Below are positions 43,306 through 51,145 of a stretch of DNA of 64,000 nucleotides, one piece after another (the first letter of the stretch is position 1; each line of letters opens with the position of its first letter). This DNA comes from a virus. The position numbers were made by a program, and so were the translations under genes. The stretch lies in IMG/VR virus record IMGVR_UViG_3300027792_000292, positions 32,001 through 96,000 of that record; one strand, written 5' to 3'. The notes under the pieces were generated by a model that saw nothing but the letters and a program-made list of their open reading frames with translations, had not been told where the DNA came from and searched no databases.

Positions 43306-43722
43306 CTATTTTTTTGTAATTTTTTTCTGCATAGCTTTGGCTTTCGCAGCTTTTATTTTTATTCCAGCTTCTTTAGCTTTAGCATTTTTTACATCATTAG
43401 AGATACCTATATTGTGTTTAATCTCCTCGTAAGCTCCACGTACAGCTCCGCTAACAACATCCATATGAGCATGCTCAAGCACAAACAGCTCTTTTTTATC
43501 CGGGAAAAATCTTTGATATGCACAAGCATTCAAAAACAAAGAGCCTTCCATAAGTTCATGATGTAGATAATCCAAAAAAGTTTCTGTATCGTAATCTTTA
43601 TTTATGTATATTTTCTTGTTTCCGATATCACACTCTCCACCAAATCCTATCTCTTCTGGTCTCCCCTCTCTAATGCAAGTCCAAGTATTACCGAATAAGG
43701 TAAATGAACATTGTGTTTTCAT
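43306..43722 (-). CDS. hypothetical protein, HExxE metallopeptidase-like
   Basis: GEC......IYI.........YLHHELME; RBS GGAAGGG; the only convincing minus-strand gene. Confidence 0.6.
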   Translation of the reverse strand: MKTQCSFTLFGNTWTCIREGRPEEIGFGGECDIGNKKIYINKDYDTETFLDYLHHELMEGSLFLNACAYQRFFPDKKELFVLEHAHMDVVSGAVRGAYEEIKHNIGISNDVKNAKAKEAGIKIKAAKAKAMQKKITKK

Positions 43723-43901
43723 AATAGTTCCTTCCAGGCAGAGTTTAGTAGCTTAATTAATAAACCGTCACTAATTAGTAGATTATCACCATTTATACGG
43801 CCATAATCTATTCATACATAACTACAATTAATTGGCCGTAGATAAAATATTTACTTTAAGATACAACTGTAAGTTATTATATTACATTAATATTTTAAAA
43901 T

Positions 43902-45074
43902 TTGAGAGGAGATTCTATGAGACCTCGTACAAAAAGTTCTAATCCTAAACATCAAATTCTGGCCCGTCCTGATGTGGAAACCGAGGAAGAGGCTGACATT
44001 GATAGCGGTATCTTAAGGCTTCAAGATGAGAATCATAAGCTACGGTCTAAACTGAAAGACTTACAAAGAGAGAGCACTCTTTTCAAATCTCTTGCTGCGA
44101 TCATTAAAGACCAAGCCCCCTTCTCTACTTTTGCCCCTTGTAAATTACCGAAGATAACTAGAAAAGTCACTGAGTCTGCAATGCTCGTTCTCTCCGATAG
44201 TCATGGAGACCAGGAGATCCTAGGTAAGAGAGTTCAGAGTCTGGAAGAATATAATTTTGATGTCGCTTGTCGTAGAGCTGAGAGAATAGTTGATACTACT
44301 ATAAGTCATCTAATTGACAATCTGAAAGGATATACTTTCGAGCGGCTATACATAGCCGGGCTTGGAGATTATGTTAATGGTGAGATTCATTCAGCACTTG
44401 AGCACTCCAAATGGAAAAATGCAATGAAGAATGCTATGGGCATGGGCGAATTAATGGCTATGATGATCACGGATTTATCTCGTTATTTTCCTGAGATAGT
44501 TTTCTGTTCAGTTTCAGGTAATCATGGTAGAAAAAGTATAAAGAAGGATTATAGAGGAGCGCAGGATAATTGGGACTATCTTGTAGGTATGCACACAGCT
44601 ACAAGACTAAAGCCTCTTATAGAAGAGGGAAGAGTAAAGATACACATACCAGATTCTTGGTCTATGGGGTTGAGTGTTTATAATTGGAATTTCGTATTAA
44701 ATCACGGAGATGATATAAAGAGCTGGAATAGTCTCCCATGGTATGGGATTGAAAGAAAAACAAGAAGATTAAATGCTATTGGTTCAATAACTGGTAAAAT
44801 GCCAAATTACTTTTTATTTGGACACTTTCATAATATGGCTACTCAACAGCATACCACAGGAGAGACTCTCATCAATGGTAGCTGGAATGCTACCGATGAG
44901 TTTGCCTTGGAAGGATTAGGAGCATACTCCGAACCTTTTCAGTGGTTATTTGGTATTCACCCAAAATATGGGATAACCTGGAGACTTCCAGTAAAGTTAA
45001 GAGTTCCTAATTGGGCAGATGCTGAAAGTAAATCAGGACGTTATAACATAAGTCTATTTGAAGATTTTGAGTGA
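43902..45074 (+). CDS. calcineurin-like metallophosphoesterase
   Basis: SDSH, LGD, GNHG, HGD, GHFH; start may be ATG 43917. Confidence 0.85.
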   Translation: MRGDSMRPRTKSSNPKHQILARPDVETEEEADIDSGILRLQDENHKLRSKLKDLQRESTLFKSLAAIIKDQAPFSTFAPCKLPKITRKVTESAMLVLSDSHGDQEILGKRVQSLEEYNFDVACRRAERIVDTTISHLIDNLKGYTFERLYIAGLGDYVNGEIHSALEHSKWKNAMKNAMGMGELMAMMITDLSRYFPEIVFCSVSGNHGRKSIKKDYRGAQDNWDYLVGMHTATRLKPLIEEGRVKIHIPDSWSMGLSVYNWNFVLNHGDDIKSWNSLPWYGIERKTRRLNAIGSITGKMPNYFLFGHFHNMATQQHTTGETLINGSWNATDEFALEGLGAYSEPFQWLFGIHPKYGITWRLPVKLRVPNWADAESKSGRYNISLFEDFE

Positions 45075-45255
45075 TACTATGTATAAATTTATTAAGAAAA
45101 TCAAAAATGTCTTTGTTCCTCTCCAGGCTACTATACTTCTATTCAACCTGGAGACATAGTACTTGTACTAAAGGATGGTAAACCATACGGAGTTTGTGGA
45201 TCGGTTTATGCTACGTAGGTTGATATGTCAAGACAAATAGAATATAAAAAATCAC

Positions 45256-45284
45256 TTGATCTTAAATAAGTGAAATGGTATATT
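45256..45284 (+). promoter_or_regulatory. sigma70-type promoter for RNA unit 1
   Basis: TTGATC-17-TATATT. Confidence 0.75.
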
Positions 45285-45307
45285 AGTAGTACGATCTTTG
45301 ATAAAAT

Positions 45308-45456
45308 GGGTTCTGCACTCTGACAGATAATGGATGCGTACATTTGCATTTGCATTTAGCTCAGTCGGTAGAGCTGAGGAATAATAATCCTTTGGTCGGC
45401 GGTTCAACTCCGCTAGTGCATTCCTTTCTATCGCATCTGCGACTTGTGCAGAACCC
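45308..45456 (+). ncRNA. scaffold RNA unit 1 carrying tRNA-like cloverleaf (anticodon AAT)
   Basis: GGGTTCTGCAC/GTGCAGAACCC outer stem; GATGCG/CGCATC inner stem; cloverleaf 45351-45420 without CCA. Confidence 0.8.
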
Positions 45457-45470
45457 TTTTAAAATTTTTC

Positions 45471-45499
45471 TTGATCATTGAATACCGAAATGGTATATT
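45471..45499 (+). promoter_or_regulatory. sigma70-type promoter for RNA units 2-3
   Basis: TTGATC-17-TATATT. Confidence 0.75.
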
Positions 45500-45535
45500 A
45501 GTGTTACTCAAGTGAAACTTGGAAAGTTCTTTGAA

Positions 45536-45662
45536 AGATACGAAGCATACTCAAACCCTTGATGCATACATTATAGCTCATTGGTAGAGCGTTTGCCATT
45601 TAAGCAAAAGGTACGGTTCAAATCCGTTCGTCCCGCATTAGTAACTCGTGTGCTTTGTATCT
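45536..45662 (+). ncRNA. scaffold RNA unit 2 carrying D, anticodon and T arms without acceptor stem
   Basis: AGATACGAAGCATAC/GTGTGCTTTGTATCT; GCTC-ATTGGTA-GAGC; TTTGC-CATTTAA-GCAAA; ACGG-TTCAAAT-CCGT. Confidence 0.8.
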
Positions 45663-45766
45663 ATATATTTCGAGAGTTCTCGCTACTCAACGACCACGGA
45701 TTAAAAGACGTATACGAAGAGTAAAGGGTCTCTCGACTGAAAATAAGTTTTTTGATAATAGATCTT

Positions 45767-45914
45767 TGACATGAGTTACACTCCAACTTTTGATGCGTAC
45801 ATTTGCTTTTTCGTCCAATTGGTAGGACATTACTCTGATAAAGTGATTGTTGGGGGTTCAAGTCCCTCAAAAGCAGCCCAAAACTCGCATTATCAACTTG
45901 TGTAACTCATGTCA
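45767..45914 (+). ncRNA. scaffold RNA unit 3 carrying a complete tRNA-Ile(GAT)-like cloverleaf
   Basis: Perfect 15-bp outer stem TGACATGAGTTACAC/GTGTAACTCATGTCA followed by a U tract. Confidence 0.8.
45804..45876 (+). tRNA. tRNA-Ile(GAT)-like, embedded in unit 3
   Basis: TGCTTTT/AAAAGCA acceptor, GTCC/GGAC D stem, loop CTGATAA, GGGGG-TTCAAGT-CCCTC; G73 then CCCA is atypical, so it may be a mimic. Confidence 0.55.
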
Positions 45915-45922
45915 TTTTTTTC

Positions 45923-45951
45923 TTGATCTTTAATTACCAAAAAGGTATATT
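45923..45951 (+). promoter_or_regulatory. sigma70-type promoter for RNA units 4-7
   Basis: TTGATC-17-TATATT. Confidence 0.75.
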
Positions 45952-45982
45952 AGAATACAGACCTGAAAAGGTCAAGCTCTTT

Positions 45983-46158
45983 GAAAGATAGAAGCACTCT
46001 CTAATTTTGGATGCATACATTGGTTCAAGCGTTTGCTAACTAAAGCAAAAGATTGTTCGTTCAAGTCGAACTTCCCCCACCAAGTAGATTTTAATGTCTA
46101 CTTGGTGGGGGAAAAGCTTAATAAAAAAAGCATTTATAACTTGAGTGTTTCTTCTTTC
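45983..46158 (+). ncRNA. scaffold RNA unit 4 carrying tRNA circularly permuted in the D loop
   Basis: Order GGTTC-AAGC, anticodon arm TTTGC/GCAAA, T arm GTTCG-TTCAAGT-CGAAC, TTCCCCC-A-CCA, hairpin linker, GGGGGAA, AA, GCTT. Confidence 0.75.
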
Positions 46159-46196
46159 ATTCGTTCCTTGTCCCTATGTAATAGGGGTTGTTCTAT

Positions 46197-46336
46197 GAAA
46201 AGTATCTTCTAACAGTTAGGGCGTACATTATCCTGTAAAGATAAACGCCTGGGCATTAAGCGCTCAGGCATCTGTATTCCTTCCGCCTTAGCGCGGCTGG
46301 GATATAGCACACGCATTGATTACTCGGATACTTCTC
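46197..46336 (+). ncRNA. scaffold RNA unit 5 with Tyr(GTA)-like anticodon hairpin
   Basis: AAGTATCT/GGATACTT outer stem; GGCGTACATT...CGCATT-GATT-ACTC; TTATC-CTGTAAA-GATAA; GCCTGGGC/GCTCAGGC arm. Confidence 0.7.
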
Positions 46337-46356
46337 TTGTCATACTCTTTGAAATT

Positions 46357-46483
46357 ATAGTGTATTTATCCTCTAATGCTGAGGGCTTACATTTTCTACG
46401 GTTGAAAAACAAGCCTAAGCGCACTCCCGTTTGGTGGGAGGAAGCGATGGGTCGAGCACTTAGGACTCGGATAAATACATTAT
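46357..46483 (+). ncRNA. scaffold RNA unit 6 with degenerate cargo
   Basis: ATAGTGTATTTATCC/GGATAAATACATTAT; GGCTTACATT...GCACT-TAGG-ACTC; CTCCC/GGGAG hairpin. Confidence 0.7.
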
Positions 46484-46502
46484 TATATAATTACTATGAG
46501 TA

Positions 46503-46651
46503 TAAGTCTCATCTTCTAACTTTTGATGCGTACATTGTCATGCTGGTTCGAATCCAGTCGCTCTTTTCGGAGAGCGTAGCCGAATGGTAAGGCACCCGTT
46601 TAAGGAACAGGAACAAAACAAACTTCGCATTAGTAACTTGGATGGGATTTA
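46503..46651 (+). ncRNA. scaffold RNA unit 7 carrying tRNA permuted at the variable loop (YrlA-like T-acceptor-D order)
   Basis: GCTGG-TTCGAAT-CCAGT, CGCTCTT-TTCG-GAGAGCG, TA, GCC-GAATGGTAA-GGC, CCCGT-TTAAGGA-ACAGG. Confidence 0.8.
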
Positions 46652-46653
46652 TT

Positions 46654-46689
46654 AAGAGCCGGGATTCGAAAGGATTCCGGCTCTTTTTT
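46654..46689 (+). terminator. intrinsic terminator ending the RNA array
   Basis: AAGAGCCGGGATTC-GAAA-GGATTCCGGCTCTT-TTTT. Confidence 0.85.
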
Positions 46690-46804
46690 ATTAAATAATT
46701 ATTTTCAATTATTTATGTCAAATAGTATATTACTCTGAACATTGAATATTAGCCTATAAGTGATAATTGGTAAATTAGTACCACAATGTAAGAGGAGGTT
46801 CAAG

Positions 46805-47062
46805 ATGGCAAGTGTGCATATTCGTTACGATGGTAGTACCAGGGAAGTCGATTTCGAAAATATTTTTCCAGAAGATCGACTTACAGCTATAGGGATTGCC
46901 AATACCGCGCAGGTTAACTCACGCAACGTGAGCGCCGATAACGTCAAGACTGCCGTAGCGCAGTATCTCGATATCGGATTGGGAGAACTTGATGGGTATA
47001 ACGTCGAGTTCCATAAGAACGGAAACATCACCGTTCGCCCTGATGCTGTATTTGGGAAGTAA
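46805..47062 (+). CDS. ubiquitin-like (beta-grasp) protein, C-terminus PDAVFG-K
   Basis: 85 aa, AGGAGG RBS, strand-strand-helix-strand pattern, penultimate Gly; JAB and E1 nearby. Confidence 0.6.
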   Translation: MASVHIRYDGSTREVDFENIFPEDRLTAIGIANTAQVNSRNVSADNVKTAVAQYLDIGLGELDGYNVEFHKNGNITVRPDAVFGK

Positions 47063-47132
47063 GTTGTCCAACTCGGGCCTATAAATTAAGGCCCTCAAAC
47101 CTGATAATATAATACTTAAAAGGAGAAACTCC

Positions 47133-48731
47133 ATGAATCGTCAGCGTAACACTCAAACTGTTTCCGCGCCACAAATACCACAGGTTGAACAGGACATCCG
47201 TGTTCAAATGCTCAATAGCTTCATGTCCTGTCCACATCGTGATACTGATGCGATCAGGAAGATACATGAGGATCTGCGACAGCGTGACCCTTCATTCTAC
47301 TCTCATCTTGCTGCCTGGTATGAGAAGAATGGCGAACTTCGCGACCACAAGGAAGTATTCATTTCTATGTTGATCGTAGACCCCTATCTCGATAACCGTG
47401 AGGTTGGTCTTGCCCTGTGGCAGAAAGCTGTGCCTTTCATGAAGACCCGTATCCTTGGTTTCATTAAGGGTAAGAAGGTCAAGATTCGTGAGAAGACAAA
47501 TCAGACACGCCAAGTTGGAAAGAAGAAAATTCCGGTAGTAAACGTGACCGAGAAAGTTGTGGGCCTTTTTAAGAACGTGCCCTCAGCGTTCAAGACTGAG
47601 GTGGTACACTATCTAAAGTGGTTAGAGACCGACCCTGAGCGTTTTGATGGTGTGGCTATGCGCAACTCTGAGGATTTGAGGACGCTCTACGCTTCCTTGA
47701 AAATCCCTCACTCAAAGAGAGTGCAACAAATCCTTTGGGAGAAGAAGTACCCAAAGGAGAGTAAGTTGAATGTTTTCAAGGAGATTACGGATGCGAAGTC
47801 TCCTGAAGAAGCAGCAACGCTCATTGTTAAGAATAAGGTTCCGTATACTACGGCAGTAGGTCTCATTGAGAAGATGACCCCCTCCATCTTGGTTGCTCTC
47901 ATCAATAATATGAGTTCCCAGGAAGTTATTAACAACATTGCTTCTCTTCAGGAGAGTGGTGCATTAGATAACCCTGATACTAAGGCTATGGTTGAAAAGA
48001 AGCTTAAGCAGGCTGAGACCGCAAAGAATGTTACAGCCTTGAAGTCTAAAGCAGCGATTAATACAGGTCGTATCAAGGATGAGGCTGTCGTGGCGCAACT
48101 TGATAAGATTGCAGATGTACAAATAAAGAGCAAAGGTATCATTATGGCTTCTACAGCGATCTTTGTAGATCGCTCTGGATCGATGAGCATTGCTATTGAG
48201 TCAGGGAAGCATTGTGCAGCGATGGTATCCGGTGCTACAGAAGCTCCTTTGTATGTGGTTGCCTTTGATACGCTTCCAATGGAAATCTATCCAGTGTCCG
48301 CACGTCCAAAGGACAGGACCACTACCATGACCGACTGGGAAAGGGCATTTAAGCCTGTGCGCGATGGTGGTTCGACTTCTATGGGATGTGCTTTGGAGTA
48401 TCTGCGTCAAAAGAAGATGTACGTTGAGCAGATTGTTGTTATTACTGATGAGGGTGAGAATGCAACCCCCATGTTCACTGATGTCTATACTCGGTACTCC
48501 GAGGAGATGAAGGTGAAGCCTCATGTGGTTATCATCCGTACACCAAATTCAGGTCATACTTTCAGCACAAACCTGAAGAGGGCTGGTATTAGTTATGATG
48601 TATACACTCCTAATGGGTCAGACTACTATGGTTTACCAGGATTGATTCCACTTCTTGCCCGAACATCGAAGCTGGACCTTCTTATGGAGATCATGGATAC
48701 TCCGCTTCCTACACGTAGGCAGTGGAAGTAA
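47133..48731 (+). CDS. TROVE/Ro60-like helical domain plus vWA protein
   Basis: N-terminal DP.FY.HLA.WY...G..RD helical region; C-terminal vWA DRSGS, GGST, ITDE; size typical of Ro60. Confidence 0.65.
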   Translation: MNRQRNTQTVSAPQIPQVEQDIRVQMLNSFMSCPHRDTDAIRKIHEDLRQRDPSFYSHLAAWYEKNGELRDHKEVFISMLIVDPYLDNREVGLALWQKAVPFMKTRILGFIKGKKVKIREKTNQTRQVGKKKIPVVNVTEKVVGLFKNVPSAFKTEVVHYLKWLETDPERFDGVAMRNSEDLRTLYASLKIPHSKRVQQILWEKKYPKESKLNVFKEITDAKSPEEAATLIVKNKVPYTTAVGLIEKMTPSILVALINNMSSQEVINNIASLQESGALDNPDTKAMVEKKLKQAETAKNVTALKSKAAINTGRIKDEAVVAQLDKIADVQIKSKGIIMASTAIFVDRSGSMSIAIESGKHCAAMVSGATEAPLYVVAFDTLPMEIYPVSARPKDRTTTMTDWERAFKPVRDGGSTSMGCALEYLRQKKMYVEQIVVITDEGENATPMFTDVYTRYSEEMKVKPHVVIIRTPNSGHTFSTNLKRAGISYDVYTPNGSDYYGLPGLIPLLARTSKLDLLMEIMDTPLPTRRQWK

Positions 48732-48743
48732 CGAGATAGGGGT

Positions 48744-48768
48744 GGGCTTCATCAGAAGCCCCTCTTTT
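48744..48768 (+). terminator. hairpin/terminator after the TROVE-like gene
   Basis: GGGCTTC-ATCA-GAAGCCC-CTCTTTT. Confidence 0.55.
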
Positions 48769-48785
48769 CTATTTAAGAGGATAAT

Positions 48786-49649
48786 ATGAACGACGTACTA
48801 GCACTTATCAAAAAGATGGGGGAGAAAGAAGATACTATTACTAAGAGTATCTTTATATCTCCTATATATGGGAATGAGTATGTCGTTACTCGTATCAATG
48901 GGTTAGTTCATAAGTTGGGGGTACCCGACTCTACTAAGCCAGGTTGGTACAAGTTGAAGGCTTGTAATTTTAAAAGAGCCAAAGTAGTTGGTAACGCAGA
49001 CTTCATTGAAGTTGAAGAGTATCTCAAGATGCTCACGAAGATACGAGTGATATTAGTCTACAAAAAAGACGAATTGTACTTTGGTGTTCCTTTGAAAAAC
49101 AATTCAGCTGGCTTTGGCGTGTCAGATCTTATCCCGATATATTTAACATCTGATGATCTTGTAGGACCATTTGAGAAGGTCGTTTGCGGTTTTGACGGGG
49201 CTAACCTCTGGTACTATCAGAATGATATCTCTGCTGATCCTGCCAGGACGGAGTATTTAAGGGAGAGCTTTGATAAGTTTGTTCGACCAGATAAGGTACA
49301 GTATACAGGATTAACTCTTGAGGAGAAGATAGCTTACACTCTCAGATTCAATTTGGATAAGAAAGCCAGAGAGTCTTTGAAGGAAGTACTTATACAGAAA
49401 GATGTAGAGTTTGCTGGTGGTGAGTTTGTGAAGTTCGTAGAAAGAAATGATCACTACAGCGTCACCTATAAGATAGGTGGAAATCAATATACGAGTTATG
49501 TAACTAAAGATGAGAGTCATCATGTACTTACTGCAGGGGTATGTTTAAATGGTCACGATAGAGACTATGATTTGACTTCTCTAATAACGGTTCTAAGAGA
49601 AGGACAGAGAAGGGGTCTTATTCATAGATATAACAATACTACAGAATAG
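48786..49649 (+). CDS. conserved hypothetical, candidate divergent E2 conjugating enzyme
   Basis: C-terminal HVLTAGVCLNG...DLTSLITVL resembles the UBC active-site G.(I/V)CL segment. Confidence 0.4.
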   Translation: MNDVLALIKKMGEKEDTITKSIFISPIYGNEYVVTRINGLVHKLGVPDSTKPGWYKLKACNFKRAKVVGNADFIEVEEYLKMLTKIRVILVYKKDELYFGVPLKNNSAGFGVSDLIPIYLTSDDLVGPFEKVVCGFDGANLWYYQNDISADPARTEYLRESFDKFVRPDKVQYTGLTLEEKIAYTLRFNLDKKARESLKEVLIQKDVEFAGGEFVKFVERNDHYSVTYKIGGNQYTSYVTKDESHHVLTAGVCLNGHDRDYDLTSLITVLREGQRRGLIHRYNNTTE

Positions 49650-49657
49650 GAGTAGCT

Positions 49658-49837
49658 ATGGATATTCTTACAGAAGAAGAGCGTGCCAAGTTAGAAGAGC
49701 AGGGTTGGATTATAACAAGTGAAAGCCCTCTTGAAATACGGCATGAAGAGAGTGATTCTTTCGCATCTAATGTGGCAGCAGAGATGCTTATACAGGTATT
49801 ATTGGAAGAGGATGAAGAAGAGGACTCTGAGGAATGA
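49658..49837 (+). CDS. small acidic protein (59 aa, not in ORF track)
   Basis: AGGAG RBS; MDILTEEERAKLEEQGW...ESPLEIRH; overlaps the next start. Confidence 0.55.
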   Translation: MDILTEEERAKLEEQGWIITSESPLEIRHEESDSFASNVAAEMLIQVLLEEDEEEDSEE

Positions 49838-50445
49838 CGGTATATGTTATAGGACCTAAAGATAGAAAACGGATGATAGAGTTTAAAGCTAAGAACATTC
49901 CTATAGTGAATACAACATCCTCCGCAAAGGGATGTTGGTCTATGTTATTGAGTCCTTTTTATCTTGGGCCTGTATATTTGTATGGAGGGTATTCTGCCTG
50001 TAAGATGGAAAGCGCATGGCAGTATAGTAAGGTATACTCCAGTTATATGGATGCTGAAGGAAATCCTACCCCAGCATATTTTGAATGGGCGATGGAAGGG
50101 TGGAAGAGTAAAATAGCAGTCAGGTACCCTATGGGTAAAGAGGCTAAGCCAGAGTACATATGGTGGGATGGTGAGAAGTTAGATTATGTAGCTGCGAGAA
50201 AGAAAGTCTATGCTCCTTTATACATAAAGTGCGTAGTGCCTAAAATATCTTTCACTAAGCTAAAGGAAATGAGGGACAGTAATACCGACATAGTACTTTG
50301 GGATTTTGATGGCTATGATTATATTTCATTAGGTATGACTTTGAGAGATGTACTAAACGATCCGAATCGTAAGATGGGGCATGCTTTTATTTTGGCAATA
50401 CTTTTAACAATGAAAAAAGAAGAAATTTTAGATATACTGAGTTAA
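49834..50445 (+). CDS. DUF6939/NADAR-like protein
   Basis: LSPF...ESAWQYSK...LDY..AR..VY.P.Y...L.DFD...GHA. Confidence 0.45.
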   Translation: MTVYVIGPKDRKRMIEFKAKNIPIVNTTSSAKGCWSMLLSPFYLGPVYLYGGYSACKMESAWQYSKVYSSYMDAEGNPTPAYFEWAMEGWKSKIAVRYPMGKEAKPEYIWWDGEKLDYVAARKKVYAPLYIKCVVPKISFTKLKEMRDSNTDIVLWDFDGYDYISLGMTLRDVLNDPNRKMGHAFILAILLTMKKEEILDILS

Positions 50446-50446
50446 T

Positions 50447-50620
50447 ATGGGAAAAATAATAAAGAATATATGGAGACTGTGGGCTAAGGCGTTAGGTCAG
50501 AAAGCATCGGATGATGATAAAGAAGCAGATATAGTAGCCATTATAAGAACAGTCATAGCTTTAGTTTACATCATAACAAACATAGTCATAGTAGCCGGAG
50601 TTATTAAGCACTGGTATTAA
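50447..50620 (+). CDS. small phage membrane protein (57 aa, not in ORF track)
   Basis: WRLWAKALGQK...EAD.VA.IRT followed by a TM helix. Confidence 0.55.
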   Translation: MGKIIKNIWRLWAKALGQKASDDDKEADIVAIIRTVIALVYIITNIVIVAGVIKHWY

Positions 50621-50788
50621 TAGGGGGTGACCGTGAATTTAAGTAAATCAGACTTTGAAGTATTGGACTGCCCAGATGGTATAGTATACCAAGACGGAAC
50701 TAAATATGAGTTTACGTCAGAAGAAAAGTTAAAAGAAACAGAAAAGATAAAAGAAGCTACTAAGCACACAAGAATGAAAGACTGAAAC

Positions 50789-51145
50789 ATGAATGAAAAG
50801 TGTTGGTTTATCTTCGGTAAGAAGGTAAAGAATACATACATCGGATGGTTGAAGTATAGCTCTGAGGGAAATCCAGTAAGTGTAAGTTTTAATTGGTCAG
50901 ATGCAGCAAAGAAGAATCTTCTTGGATTTCATCACACACATCCTGATGGCTGTTTATGGTTTTCTTCAAGAGATGATAAGACAATGAAAGCTTGGGCCAG
51001 GGCAGAGGGAAAACCCCTTATCTGCTCAGTAAGAAGTAGTGGGAAAGATGCAGCAGCGATATGGAAGAGAATGGAAGATAAAAGTGTAGGGCATCTACCG
51101 CTACATGTAATGATAAAAGGTAACCTATTTATGGCATGGGAATAA
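50789..51145 (+). CDS. JAB/JAMM metalloprotease
   Basis: N-terminal E-x-C..IFG and GFHHTHP-x6-S-x2-D JAMM motif. Confidence 0.8.
   Translation: MNEKCWFIFGKKVKNTYIGWLKYSSEGNPVSVSFNWSDAAKKNLLGFHHTHPDGCLWFSSRDDKTMKAWARAEGKPLICSVRSSGKDAAAIWKRMEDKSVGHLPLHVMIKGNLFMAWE

Noticed and set aside
43177-43566. Plus-strand 129-aa ORF
   Set aside because: TTG start, atypical composition, and it overlaps the better supported minus-strand gene
45798-45803. TACATT in each unit as a -10 promoter box
   Set aside because: In the unit checked there is no matching -35 at 17 bp, and the motif sits in fixed register with paired elements on the far side of the cargo
45661-46590. ORFs 45661-45870 (-) and 46360-46590 (+)
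   Set aside because: They overlap structured RNA units, and the minus ORF reads as antisense tRNA sequence; no convincing RBS
45308-46651. CRISPR array
   Set aside because: Repeats are bipartite, degenerate and base-paired around structured tRNA-like cargos; no cas genes are present
45308-46651. Ordinary phage tRNA cluster
   Set aside because: Only unit 3 (and nearly unit 1) is a normal cloverleaf; the others lack an acceptor stem or are permuted, and all sit in a shared scaffold
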